A stretch of DNA of 64,000 bases from a virus (Duplodnaviria; Caudoviricetes): IMG/VR virus record IMGVR_UViG_2684623153_000002, positions 15,828 through 79,827 of that record; one strand, given 5' to 3'. A model generated the notes under the pieces. It made no database searches and was not told the origin of the DNA. It saw only the letters and a list, made by a program, of their open reading frames with translations. Below, one piece after another: positions 21,123 through 30,567 of this stretch. How positions within the stretch are numbered: position 1 is the stretch's first letter; the number at the start of each line of letters is the position of its first letter. A program made the translations under genes and the position numbers.

Positions 21123-21724
21123 TGTTTACTCTCCCTTTTCAATTCGCCAATTTTTGAATATATAGCTGCCATCACTATGCCTGTTTTAGTGATTTCAGGA
21201 TCATTAGCAATTAACTTATTTTGGTTTAACCTTGCTAATTGCTGTCTAGTGATGAGTTGCAAATTGTCTAATTTTACATTGATCTTGTTTCCGTCTAAAA
21301 ATATTAAACAATGGCCACTTGGGATTGGTCCGTTTTCTTCTTCCCAAACCATCTTATGCTTATGTTTCCATCGCTTTTGCCAGGGACCATCATCGGACAC
21401 TTTGATCAATATATAACCGTCTCGATCAACTCTTTCATAACCTACAGGCTTATAATTTGCAGGCTTGTGTCCAGGTTTGAAAGATGTTTTATTTCCGCCA
21501 ACATTATAAAGCCCTCTTGTACCTTTATTGAGCGGCACATGCCCTTTAGGGAAATGATTACTTAAACCACTAGAGATTTTGCGATGACGCTTCCATGACT
21601 TCACTTGCTGCCTGGTAACATTCAAATCAAATTTCTGATTGATTAAATCTGCTAATTCTTGATTGAGTAAACCTGTAGCATGTGAACGGATGAAGGATTC
21701 TTGTTCTTCAGTGAATAACCTCAC
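21119..21724 (-). CDS. HNH endonuclease-family protein
   Basis: HKMVWEEENGPIPSGH..FLDGNKIN..LDNL. Confidence 0.85.
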   Translation of the reverse strand: MRLFTEEQESFIRSHATGLLNQELADLINQKFDLNVTRQQVKSWKRHRKISSGLSNHFPKGHVPLNKGTRGLYNVGGNKTSFKPGHKPANYKPVGYERVDRDGYILIKVSDDGPWQKRWKHKHKMVWEEENGPIPSGHCLIFLDGNKINVKLDNLQLITRQQLARLNQNKLIANDPEITKTGIVMAAIYSKIGELKRESKQ

Positions 21725-21726
21725 TT

Positions 21727-21963
21727 TTACCCCTCCAACATCTTGGGCTTCTCAAGATCTTTTGATTGGTACTCTGTATAGAACTTTTGCGCTTGTAATA
21801 CTAGCGCTGCATTAGAAGTAATACTTTTTGCAACACTAGTGACAGCCTTTGAACGTTCAATTTCTTCTTGAAGTTCCTCACCTTTTAAGTCTTCTTCACT
21901 CAACCGCTCCAGCTGCGCAAACAAATGGTTATTTAAGTCTCCTAGTTTATTTTTCATCTTCAA
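21727..21963 (-). CDS. Conserved phage protein preceding HNH gene
   Basis: KNKLGDLNNHLFAQLERL. Confidence 0.78.
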   Translation of the reverse strand: MKMKNKLGDLNNHLFAQLERLSEEDLKGEELQEEIERSKAVTSVAKSITSNAALVLQAQKFYTEYQSKDLEKPKMLEG

Positions 21964-21972
21964 CCCCCTTTC

Positions 21973-22400
21973 TTATATCAATCTTCCGTCTATTGCCAAT
22001 CTCATTTCTTTTTCGTTCGTTAAATCTTCAAGGACTTCTTCAATTGGAACTGTTTTGTTATCTTCTCCAGTACAGCGACTGTACTTTGTTGCTGATATAG
22101 TGCCGTTACTTCTTTGATACTTTCCGCAAGTTCTTTCTTTTCATCACCACCAGAAACGTCATTATTGTAAATCTCCATTGCACTTTCGATATTGCGCGCT
22201 TTGATTAATGCATAATAAGGCTCGTGCGTCTCATAAAACTTCATTTCGTCTTTACCTTGTTCTTGATGACTTTGGACCAAAGTATCTATCACATAGTCTT
22301 TGTCCACTACAATATTATTTGATCCATACATCCCTTCACTGTTTCGTCTGATGATTTCGCCTGATGGTAAAGTTATTTGAAATTCTTTGTATTCGTTCAT
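21973..22400 (-). pseudogene. Probable frameshifted phage gene
   Basis: After TAT at ~22095 an alternative frame reads ATKYSRCTGEDNKTVPIEEVLEDLTNEKEMRLAIDGRLI* and stops at the RBS of the next gene. Confidence 0.5.
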
Positions 22401-22855
22401 CGTGCTTCCTCCTTTAGAAGATTGGGATTTTGATAGATGTTGCCTATACGTTGATAGTAATCAAGCTCAATCATTGAGTTTTGAACAAGATATTCAGGTA
22501 CAACTTCAAAACCGTCTTCGTCTATTACTTTTGGGTTTACCGCTTCCGCATAAAAACCTACACATTTTGAAGGCTCGTACTCATCGCCGCTTCCATCCTG
22601 TTCATACTTTCCAAATTTCACAACCGCCACATAGTCACCAGGAAAATGGGAAACTTTGATTAAATCACCTACAAAGACATTTTTCTCTTCATCTGCACAA
22701 AGGTTTCGTGCAATCAACTCATATTCTGTTTTATCAAAGCAGGGTGTCAGATTCTGCGCTGGCTGCTCTTCTAATTGGCTGATTGAAAATACCTTAGTTT
22801 CAATGATTCCGGTGGCTCGGTGTTTAAAGACGTATCTCATGAGAATGTCCATCAA
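22397..22855 (-). CDS. YopX-family protein
   Basis: VFVGDLI ... IGNIYQNPNLL. Confidence 0.85.
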   Translation of the reverse strand: MMDILMRYVFKHRATGIIETKVFSISQLEEQPAQNLTPCFDKTEYELIARNLCADEEKNVFVGDLIKVSHFPGDYVAVVKFGKYEQDGSGDEYEPSKCVGFYAEAVNPKVIDEDGFEVVPEYLVQNSMIELDYYQRIGNIYQNPNLLKEEAR

Positions 22856-23160
22856 TACTCCTCCTCATGTCTTGCCTTGATCCTTTCAAATTCTTCGATT
22901 GTAAAATCAACATGAACGGGATCGTAACAGTTATTGAGATCGTTAATATCAAGAGGAGCATTGTGTTGAGACACCAGGTTGTAAAAATCGGTTAAATCTT
23001 GATCACTTGGCTTCTCACGATCTTTTCTAATGAGACACAACGCATCTGTAATTTCTTTTACATCTCCGTTAGGATCGGTTAAATCCATAAAATCAGGTCC
23101 ATAGCTTAGGTAGCGTTCAGTATGTTTATTTTTAAATACAATCGCTGGCACAGTTTTCAT
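22852..23160 (-). CDS. Hypothetical protein
   Basis: Coupled ORF with RBS. Confidence 0.7.
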   Translation of the reverse strand: MKTVPAIVFKNKHTERYLSYGPDFMDLTDPNGDVKEITDALCLIRKDREKPSDQDLTDFYNLVSQHNAPLDINDLNNCYDPVHVDFTIEEFERIKARHEEEY

Positions 23161-23161
23161 A

Positions 23162-23374
23162 TCAGAGGCCCTCCTGCAAATCTTGTATATCGCCTTGATA
23201 AAACGTATTTTGCTTAATTACAACAAATGTAATCGGGGTACTTCCTAACTTTGTGTAAGACCCGAATTGTTCAAGTAAAGCTTGTTTCATCTCTTCTGCC
23301 GTTGGATAATGATCCCACTTTCCACAAGTGAATCTATCCAATACTTTTAGAACAAAAATATTTTTTATTTCCAC
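23162..23374 (-). CDS. Hypothetical protein
   Basis: GTG start with GGAGG. Confidence 0.62.
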   Translation of the reverse strand: MEIKNIFVLKVLDRFTCGKWDHYPTAEEMKQALLEQFGSYTKLGSTPITFVVIKQNTFYQGDIQDLQEGL

Positions 23375-23389
23375 AATGATCTTCCTCCC

Positions 23390-23590
23390 TCAGAACAGTG
23401 TCAGCTGTTCTTGGTGTTGTTCTTTTTGCTTTATTAAAAAATGTCTGGCTTCAAACGCTCCATAGTATGAGCCAGGGCGATTAAACTTTGATACATAATA
23501 ATGAGCGGCACCGAGAGGAAAGAGAAAGTATTCTACGCCCTTTTCTAGCGGTGTAAACTCATCAGTAAGACATATTCCCTTCAAGATCAT
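23390..23590 (-). CDS. Hypothetical protein
   Basis: Ends EQLTLF; coupled. Confidence 0.68.
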   Translation of the reverse strand: MILKGICLTDEFTPLEKGVEYFLFPLGAAHYYVSKFNRPGSYYGAFEARHFLIKQKEQHQEQLTLF

Positions 23591-23811
23591 GCAACGCTTT
23601 CCCATGGCAATCGTTCGACCCTTTTCATGCTTCCAGCACAGCCGACTTTACCAAGATTCCGACGTGCTGCTGGATAGGATTGATATGTGTCATACTCGCT
23701 CCATTTTGCATCTGTTAATAGATCAGAACGCCAATAGGCAACATATCCGCTCGCTGTATTGACGATACAAAATTCAGCAAATGGTGATTTTGAATACCAG
23801 ATTTCTTTCAT
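23587..23811 (-). CDS. Hypothetical protein
   Basis: ATG after AAGGAGG. Confidence 0.68.
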   Translation of the reverse strand: MKEIWYSKSPFAEFCIVNTASGYVAYWRSDLLTDAKWSEYDTYQSYPAARRNLGKVGCAGSMKRVERLPWESVA

Positions 23812-23843
23812 TTTGACTGCCTCCTTGCAGGAGGAAGCTCCTG

Positions 23844-24047
23844 CTATTTTATTTTGTGTGAACTGCTGCAATTTAAATTTGTGAACTGGCCATCACGTGT
23901 CGTGATCTCCATCTTTCCGTACATCGGTGTTTCCGCCAAGAACACTTCATTGGAATGGCCATCTAGGATAATGACTTTAACTTCCCCTTTTTCAAAAAGC
24001 TGATCAATTGAGATGTTAGAGTCTATATGTTTATAAGGATTATTCAT
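23844..24047 (-). CDS. XtrA/YqaO-family small protein
   Basis: GEVKVIILDG...PMYGK..ITTRDGQF; similar to 62713..62919. Confidence 0.78.
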   Translation of the reverse strand: MNNPYKHIDSNISIDQLFEKGEVKVIILDGHSNEVFLAETPMYGKMEITTRDGQFTNLNCSSSHKIK

Positions 24048-24079
24048 GCGCACAAGGCCTCCCATGTTATAATGAATTG

Positions 24080-24125
24080 TCGAGATTCATTAGAGCCGGA
24101 GCCTTGTGCTTTGGTTCTTTTTATT
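24080..24125 (+). ncRNA. Candidate tiny counter-oriented RNA
   Basis: TGtTATAAT 24065-24073; terminator AGAGCCGGAG/CTTTGGTTCT plus T-run. Confidence 0.5.
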
Positions 24126-24402
24126 TGCCCTGAAGAGCTTGCAAATCACGCATATACATTTCAAATAGATGCTTGTCCTTTATGTCTAAGGACAAGTCAA
24201 TTAGAGCCTTTAAATCACCTTCAGTGATCGTTACATCTAAGTTTTTAGCCCAATGTTTAGGAACAGCCGTATACTTTCCTTTAAGCGTCTTCACTAAAAG
24301 TTCATCTTCAGAGATTTTCACGACGTAACCAGATATATGAAACATTCTGCGATTAATTTCACCCAAAGCTTCCACCCAATCGCCTTCTACAATCTTTCTC
24401 AT
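24121..24402 (-). CDS. IDEAL-domain protein
   Basis: LIDLSLDIKDKHLF. Confidence 0.75.
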   Translation of the reverse strand: MRKIVEGDWVEALGEINRRMFHISGYVVKISEDELLVKTLKGKYTAVPKHWAKNLDVTITEGDLKALIDLSLDIKDKHLFEMYMRDLQALQGK

Positions 24403-24557
24403 TTCCTGAAGCTCCTTCCGCATTTAGTGCAAATTGGACCATTAAAAACCCGCGTGCTAAATTCCAGCCAATAACCACGCTGCACCGAAACTATGTTTAT
24501 ACATTTGAAGCAAAAGAAGTGTTTATGATTGAAGAGAAACTTGATTTTATCAATCAT
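24399..24557 (-). CDS. 52-aa zinc-ribbon protein (not in ORF track)
   Basis: MIDKIKFLFNHKHFFCFKC...ICTKCGRSFRK; two CxxC pairs; ATGA coupling. Confidence 0.65.
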   Translation of the reverse strand: MIDKIKFLFNHKHFFCFKCINIVSVQRGYWLEFSTRVFNGPICTKCGRSFRK

Positions 24558-24688
24558 TCGACAACCCTCCATCCTTTCTTAATCCTACTGACTAGTTCAT
24601 ATTTTTTAAGTGGTTCATAGAGGTGGACGTGCTGTCCATCCTCTTTGCGATAAAGCAAGAACCACCGTTTTGAGCGTTTGCGTGCCAC
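24554..24688 (-). CDS. Small basic hypothetical protein
   Basis: GTG start right after upstream stop. Confidence 0.6.
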   Translation of the reverse strand: MARKRSKRWFLLYRKEDGQHVHLYEPLKKYELVSRIKKGWRVVE

Positions 24689-24689
24689 C

Positions 24690-25385
24690 TTATGCAGCCC
24701 CGTCTTCCTCATCTTTTTGATCCTCTTCAGGAAGATCGTATTCATCTGGAACGCTATCCTCTGAACCCTTTTCGTCTTCAGCTGCTTCTTCAGCCTTTTC
24801 CTTCATCGGTTCAGCTTCGTTGGCTTGATCCTCTTTCCAATCCCACCATTTTTCAGCAAGCGGAGCCACTGCTGCTCGGTAGTCATTGATCAGATCAACG
24901 ACGGCGCCGGATGACATCTCAAGCTCTGTGGCCAACTTACTGTAAGATTCTCCTTCAATGCGTCGCTTCACGATATCTGCCATATTCTCAGGGAAACCTT
25001 CCTGTTCTGGAGCCATACCTTCAATGATGAATTGATCCACCACTTCACGCTTAATCTCCATCGGTTTTTCTTCAATTTTTGGTTTTTCTTCTGGTAAACC
25101 TAGTTCAGCTTCGAGCTGTTCTGACTCAGGTTTTGCTATATGGACCACACCGCTCTGATCTACTTCATAATTTACAATTGGTCGTTCGGTGTTTGCGTTA
25201 ATCTGCACGTTATAGCGTACAATGTCACTTTCAATCTCTACTTTCACGTCCTTATCAATCATTTCTGCAAGGTTTTGAATTCTGTTACCTAGCTCCTTTG
25301 TTGGCACTTCCAACACTAATTCTGTAATCCCTTTAGGCTTGTGATTCATTTTTTTAACCTTTCCATTGAAATTTATAAAAGACAT
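24690..25385 (-). CDS. Acidic phage protein with HTH-like segment
   Basis: GESYSKLATELEMSSG; strong RBS. Confidence 0.78.
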   Translation of the reverse strand: MSFINFNGKVKKMNHKPKGITELVLEVPTKELGNRIQNLAEMIDKDVKVEIESDIVRYNVQINANTERPIVNYEVDQSGVVHIAKPESEQLEAELGLPEEKPKIEEKPMEIKREVVDQFIIEGMAPEQEGFPENMADIVKRRIEGESYSKLATELEMSSGAVVDLINDYRAAVAPLAEKWWDWKEDQANEAEPMKEKAEEAAEDEKGSEDSVPDEYDLPEEDQKDEEDGAA

Positions 25386-25403
25386 ATTTGTTCCTCCTAG
25401 TAA

Positions 25404-25895
25404 TTAAGAAATTTTTTTCAAAGCCTCTTCTTGATATTTTGTTAAATCTACTTTTGTTTTTAATGAACGAGCTATTTGAGCCAAGACGAATGCGTCTATC
25501 ACGTTGTCACTTTTATGTTCAAACCCCCAACGTTTATAAACAGGTACAGGTATTTGATCTTTTTTAACGTTTCCTTTTCCTGTTGCGAACTTCTTCAAAG
25601 TGGTTGGAGGAACGTCTACATAATCTATTTTTTTGTTTATAAGTCTCGCTCTTATTAGCCAACCAATGCCGTATTGAATGTCTACTGACGCTCCTTTAGA
25701 ACCGTAAGAAAAACCTTCAATACACACAAAGTCATTCGGTTCTATTAAATTAATTATTTGGCTGGCCAAGTCCATAAAGCGTTGCGGATCTCCTTTTACT
25801 GTTGAGGTTATTTCTTTGTCAAGAATCACATTCCCATTTGCATCTTGAATCACGAGCCCTGTTTTCGTTGAAGGATCAATGCCGACAAATCTCAT
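25404..25895 (-). CDS. RuvC-like Holliday junction resolvase
   Basis: FVGIDPS, CIEG, DNVIDA acidic motifs. Confidence 0.87.
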   Translation of the reverse strand: MRFVGIDPSTKTGLVIQDANGNVILDKEITSTVKGDPQRFMDLASQIINLIEPNDFVCIEGFSYGSKGASVDIQYGIGWLIRARLINKKIDYVDVPPTTLKKFATGKGNVKKDQIPVPVYKRWGFEHKSDNVIDAFVLAQIARSLKTKVDLTKYQEEALKKIS

Positions 25896-26131
25896 TGTTC
25901 TTTTCCTTTCACGATACCAGCGATATCAGTATGGATCGCTTCTTCTGTCCTTCTAACAGGAGACGGAACAGAACGTGGAATCCTTTGTACTCCATTTTTA
26001 TTTAAAGGCCCCCCATGCATGTATGTGGCTAATTGTATGATCATTCGACCACACTCCTCAGCGGTGTAATTATCTGCTTCAAAATTCACTTCTTTACCCG
26101 TAGTGCTGTCCTTAATTTGTAATTTAATCAC
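25892..26131 (-). CDS. Hypothetical protein
   Basis: Coupled ORF. Confidence 0.65.
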   Translation of the reverse strand: MIKLQIKDSTTGKEVNFEADNYTAEECGRMIIQLATYMHGGPLNKNGVQRIPRSVPSPVRRTEEAIHTDIAGIVKGKEQ

Positions 26132-26334
26132 TCTGCTTCCTCCTCAATCTCCATCCTGGCATTGTATGTTTCAATACTTTTCCCTCGCTCACTCTTTTTC
26201 GTGATTACTAGCATTTCAAGATCATAGAGTGATAGTTTATCGAGACTTTCAAATTCATTCGGTTTATATCCGATGCGCTTCAGTTCATTGAGAAGGAACT
26301 GTTTACGCTGATTGCTATTGATTGACATGTTCAT
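26128..26334 (-). CDS. FbpA-like small phage protein
   Basis: RKQFLLNELKRIGY..LSLYDLE. Confidence 0.68.
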   Translation of the reverse strand: MNMSINSNQRKQFLLNELKRIGYKPNEFESLDKLSLYDLEMLVITKKSERGKSIETYNARMEIEEEAE

Positions 26335-26342
26335 TCCTCATT

Positions 26343-27635
26343 TCACATTGCGGCTTCCATTTGCCGCGATAGATTTATAAACTTCCCGTACTCTTTCACA
26401 AAGGCAGCGGTTATTGTTCCTGTTGATCCATTTCGTTGTTTTGCAAAAATGATTTCTACAATGTTTTTAGCTTCGCTTTTTTTGTCGTAGTAATCATCAC
26501 GATAAAGGAAGGTCACAATATCAGCGTCTTGCTCAATGCTCCCTGAATCTCGTAAATCAGACATCATTGGACGTTTATCTTGTCGCTGTTCAACTCCACG
26601 TGAGAGCTGCGATAGCAAAATGATGGGAACGTTGAAACTTCTAGCCATATTTTTAAGTTCTCTCGTGATCTCACCAACCTCATGATTTTTGCTCTCAGCT
26701 TTACCAATCGGCGTGATAAGCTGAAGATAATCAATGATGACTAAATGATCTTGATCAGGATGATCTTTCTTTGTCTTACGGATTTTAGAGCGAATGTCTG
26801 CGACGGTTTGAGTGGGGTGATCATGAATATAAATGTCTAATTTTTCGTATTCACCCATAGCTTTGTTGGCTCTCTCATAATCATCCTCACTAAAATATTT
26901 CCTTGGATTCCTCCACTTTGTCCCTTCAATACTCCCTACGCTGCTTAACATACGGTGAGTCAATTGTGTATCTGACATTTCTAGTGAAAATATGTCGGTT
27001 ACTCCACCATTTTGCGCGTTATTATAACCAAGATTGAGAGCGAATGCTGTTTTCCCCATCGATGGACGAGCAGCTACGATAATCAAATCGCTTTTTTGCC
27101 AACCACCTGTCATGGCATTAAGATCTGCAAGACCTGTGTCCACTCCAGTTAGATCACCATGATCTTCTTCCATGCTCATGAAAATCTCGGTTAATACATC
27201 CATTTTCGTGCGAGTCTCTTTTACACCAACCTCTTGAGCTTCAATTGTTTTTTGATAAAGCTCAGTGATGCCCTCATCAGTAGGAGAACTGGCAAATGCT
27301 AAAGCAGCACTCTGCACATCTCTAAGTCTAAAAGCCTCGTAAATTAATGTTTCATAGGTCTCGAAAGCATGTTTTGAGGGAACAGTACTTGCTAGGTTAG
27401 TTAAATATTCAAATCCACCAACTTCATTCAAAGTGCCTCCCATAGATGCAGCGATATTGGCCAATTCAACAGGTTTACCTAGCCTGTCCACATCCCTCAT
27501 CGCGGCGAAAATTTGCTTGTGACGCTCTTCAGCAAAATGTTTAGGCTCTAAGGCTGTTTCCTTGATTAGATCGCCTTCAAGGATGATACAGCCGAGCAAA
27601 AACTGTTCAGCCTCTACGTTTCGCAAATTTTGCAT
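26343..27635 (-). CDS. Replicative DnaB-family helicase
   Basis: AARPSMGKT, IIDYLQL, LSQLSR, DLRDSGSIEQDAD. Confidence 0.95.
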   Translation of the reverse strand: MQNLRNVEAEQFLLGCIILEGDLIKETALEPKHFAEERHKQIFAAMRDVDRLGKPVELANIAASMGGTLNEVGGFEYLTNLASTVPSKHAFETYETLIYEAFRLRDVQSAALAFASSPTDEGITELYQKTIEAQEVGVKETRTKMDVLTEIFMSMEEDHGDLTGVDTGLADLNAMTGGWQKSDLIIVAARPSMGKTAFALNLGYNNAQNGGVTDIFSLEMSDTQLTHRMLSSVGSIEGTKWRNPRKYFSEDDYERANKAMGEYEKLDIYIHDHPTQTVADIRSKIRKTKKDHPDQDHLVIIDYLQLITPIGKAESKNHEVGEITRELKNMARSFNVPIILLSQLSRGVEQRQDKRPMMSDLRDSGSIEQDADIVTFLYRDDYYDKKSEAKNIVEIIFAKQRNGSTGTITAAFVKEYGKFINLSRQMEAAM

Positions 27636-27894
27636 TCTTTTCCCACTCTTTCTGCTTCTCTAGAAACTCGTTTTTCTCTTGTTGATGTACTTGTATCTCC
27701 GCAATAGCAGGAGGGAAACGTTTTTCAGCAATATGTTGATCAACTTTTTTTGAAACTGCCTCATACGGCAGTGCAGTTAAATGCTCTAACCAAATCCTGA
27801 TTCTTTCTTGGCCAACAGTGTCAGTAGTAAGTTCAAATCTCGGATACGCAGCTGCTATCCTGGTTAAGATACTCATCGCTTGTTCTTCAGTCAT
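27607..27894 (-). CDS. Helicase loader/inhibitor (SPP1 G39P-like)
   Basis: ILTRIAAAYP...RFPPAIAEI; between initiator and helicase. Confidence 0.8.
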   Translation of the reverse strand: MTEEQAMSILTRIAAAYPRFELTTDTVGQERIRIWLEHLTALPYEAVSKKVDQHIAEKRFPPAIAEIQVHQQEKNEFLEKQKEWEKNAKFAKRRG

Positions 27895-27898
27895 GCAA

Positions 27899-28738
27899 TC
27901 ACTCTCCTCCAAACTTAATGCCTTTTTCTTTGGCGTATTGAGCTAATGCTGATAAATTGTCTTGTTGTTTCTTAGGTTTAAATTCAGATATATTGCTAGG
28001 TTGATTGTTTTTGGCATGCCATCGATCAAGAATGCCCTTCTCCAGGTAAGAAAATGATTTGATGCCATCCGCTCTATGTCTTGGTCGGTATTGATCGAAT
28101 ATCTCGTCGATCCACTTCATTATGTCTTCAAGGGGTATCTGCTCCTGAATGGTCCTATTAATTGCCTCTACATCAGCAGGAGTTATCATCAATCCACCTT
28201 TTCGAGACAAGTATTTATCTTCGATTTGTTGGAAAGGAGAATCATTTCCTCTTGGCGCTCTCTCTTCTTCCTCTTCTTTAAATTCTTTAATTCTTAAATT
28301 CTTAACATTCTTGTTTGTGGACATTTGTTGGACATCCGTTGGACATCCGTTGGACATTTGATGGTCACTAGAATGGTCAATCGACTTATCGTCCTGTTGG
28401 TAAAGTGCCCATTTATTAATGGTTACAAGAGAATATTTGGTGGTCTTTTTGATGGACAAAAAATTCATTTCTTCTAATTTTTCTAACCATCTATAAACCG
28501 TTCTTTCTGATTTTGCTTTATCGGATTTAGTCAAACCATCATTGAACATGTCAAACAAATCAAAGCGACCAGTTACAAATTGACCAGGCTCTAATTCCAC
28601 CACCTGATTACCTATCATTTGTTGTCTTGATTTATGGCTCGCCTCGGTAAGACAGATGAGCCACAGCCTAAGTAAGTTAGGATTATTGAAAACTGGATTA
28701 CCTCTTAATTTCCGATGTAATTTGATCCAACCTCGCAA
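27899..28738 (-). CDS. Replication initiator
   Basis: GWIKLHRKL N-terminus; internal iterons; SFSYLEKGILDRW. Confidence 0.85.
   Translation of the reverse strand: MRGWIKLHRKLRGNPVFNNPNLLRLWLICLTEASHKSRQQMIGNQVVELEPGQFVTGRFDLFDMFNDGLTKSDKAKSERTVYRWLEKLEEMNFLSIKKTTKYSLVTINKWALYQQDDKSIDHSSDHQMSNGCPTDVQQMSTNKNVKNLRIKEFKEEEEERAPRGNDSPFQQIEDKYLSRKGGLMITPADVEAINRTIQEQIPLEDIMKWIDEIFDQYRPRHRADGIKSFSYLEKGILDRWHAKNNQPSNISEFKPKKQQDNLSALAQYAKEKGIKFGGE
28319..28380. repeat. Iterons, probable phage origin
   Basis: Four 11-bp GGACAT(T/C)(T/C)G(T/A)T repeats plus two degenerate copies next to an AT-rich tract. Confidence 0.8.
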
Positions 28739-28757
28739 ATGACTTCCTCCTTTCCAA

Positions 28758-28949
28758 CTATTTGCGTTTGTCTTTGAGCCTACAAATAGCGTATTTACCT
28801 TCAATTTTTACTACTTCGAGATGCGGTTCATACTTGGCCATATATGTCCTGATATACATAACCAATACCTTTTTCCGCATCTGCGGAGCGACTGATCTGG
28901 CCATCGTAATAAAACAATAGGGATAAGCTGTTTTAATAAGCTCGTTCAT
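28758..28949 (-). CDS. Hypothetical protein
   Basis: Coupled ORF. Confidence 0.65.
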   Translation of the reverse strand: MNELIKTAYPYCFITMARSVAPQMRKKVLVMYIRTYMAKYEPHLEVVKIEGKYAICRLKDKRK

Positions 28950-29650
28950 TTCGGAACATAGACAACCTTTCCTGTTTGTTTTGCTATTTCTCGTTTGAAT
29001 AGTTGCTCATCACTGTTTGTGTCAGATAAGTGCAATAACCATATTTCCTGCACTTTTGACAAGTCGTTTGCATCTAGGAATGTCTTTACATTCTCTAAGC
29101 TGAAATGCGACTGGATGAGCCGGTTACGCATGCTTTTATGGATGCTCCCATTTTCGATATTTGCATCCAAGATCGCTTCAGAGTAATTGCACTCAACCAT
29201 GATGTGCGTGAGTCCAGGAAACTTATATTTGATGTAATAGGTGTCAGTGGCAAAGAGCAGCTTGTCTCCGTCCTCATTAGCCAATAGGAAGCCATACGGC
29301 TCTGATACGTCGTGTTGAACATCAAAGGGCATAATAAGCCACGTGCCGATCCTAAACGTCTGTCGAGCTTTTACAAGATTGATTCTGTGGTGATTTTCCA
29401 CTCCAAGAGCTTTTGCCGTTCCATGAGACATATAACAATCGATTCCTGCACGCAGGACATCTTTTAAAGCCTTGCAGTGATCACCATGCTCATGAGTGAT
29501 GAGGCAACCAACGAAGCTCATATTGAAATCAAAAGCACGTTGCATCACTTTAAAGGTGATACCACACTCCAAAAGGAGCGGGGTTTTACCATCAGTCACC
29601 CGATAGCAATTCCCCTTACTACTTGATGAGACAGCGTTTATTTCAATCAA
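28946..29650 (-). CDS. Metallo-beta-lactamase-fold hydrolase
   Basis: SSSKGNCY, THEHGDH, HDV, HLS. Confidence 0.9.
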   Translation of the reverse strand: MIEINAVSSSSKGNCYRVTDGKTPLLLECGITFKVMQRAFDFNMSFVGCLITHEHGDHCKALKDVLRAGIDCYMSHGTAKALGVENHHRINLVKARQTFRIGTWLIMPFDVQHDVSEPYGFLLANEDGDKLLFATDTYYIKYKFPGLTHIMVECNYSEAILDANIENGSIHKSMRNRLIQSHFSLENVKTFLDANDLSKVQEIWLLHLSDTNSDEQLFKREIAKQTGKVVYVPK

Positions 29651-30567
29651 AATGGTGGTTCCTCATTTAATGCAGACGGCTTTTCATCATATTCATTTGA
29701 TGGTTGTGGCTCAGGTTCTTCACTTTGCTTTATTTCAGGTGTTTCTTGATATCGTTCTGAATCTTCCTCAGGTTCATTGAAACCAACATCAATAATTTCT
29801 GAATTAGCATTCTCGCTAATTTCTTTTTTCACTTCATCCGGAGTAACATCTACCCGTTCGTTGTCATACTCATTTTCAGTTGAGTTATTAATTGCTTGAA
29901 CAAGTAGATCGCTGTCATCGCTTGTGTTTATAAAATTCTTAGCCGCACGATTGATAACGGTTCTTTTGGCCATTTCCTGTGGAAACTTATTCTGAACCGC
30001 TTTTGTTTTCGCTTGGCTCCAGGAAGTTTCAATTTCTTTTTTTGTCATGATGGTTAGCAGTTCCATATCATCAATGGTCTTCACTACTGCATAAGCCCCA
30101 ATGATTGGCTTGTCTCTGTTTTCAAACTTCGTTTCATGCTTGATAAGTTTTTCCCGACCTCCATCAATCTCATAATCAAATACATCGCCTTCAAAGATCA
30201 CGTTTGCCCATATATCCTTAACATTGGTCAAACGTTTCAAGACTGCTTGTGTACCAAAATATGAACGATTTAGTTGTAATTGTTTCCCGTACGGAATGAA
30301 ATAACATTGTGTTTTTGCAGGGCTTAAACCTTGTACAACCATATCCAATAATGAATTAGCAATAGATTCACGAGAGCAACTTTCTAATGCGGGTCTTCCA
30401 TCTTTATCCTTCAGTTCTTGAAGCTTAAAAAAGGCACTCTTTAATGCATTGCTAGCATTATAGTTAGATGGAAGAACCAATCCTTCATCTTTTAACCTGC
30501 TTAGACTATTGTTCACATCATCTGTAATATTTTTTTGTAAATGTGCCAATTGATTCTGATTACTCAT
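29647..30567 (-). CDS. recT: RecT-family recombinase
   Basis: QGLSPAKTQCYFIPYG, EMAKRTVINRAAK. Confidence 0.9.
   Translation of the reverse strand: MSNQNQLAHLQKNITDDVNNSLSRLKDEGLVLPSNYNASNALKSAFFKLQELKDKDGRPALESCSRESIANSLLDMVVQGLSPAKTQCYFIPYGKQLQLNRSYFGTQAVLKRLTNVKDIWANVIFEGDVFDYEIDGGREKLIKHETKFENRDKPIIGAYAVVKTIDDMELLTIMTKKEIETSWSQAKTKAVQNKFPQEMAKRTVINRAAKNFINTSDDSDLLVQAINNSTENEYDNERVDVTPDEVKKEISENANSEIIDVGFNEPEEDSERYQETPEIKQSEEPEPQPSNEYDEKPSALNEEPPF

Noticed and set aside
21119-21724. HNH gene as part of an intron or intein
   Set aside because: Free-standing and translationally coupled to its neighbours; no interrupted host gene
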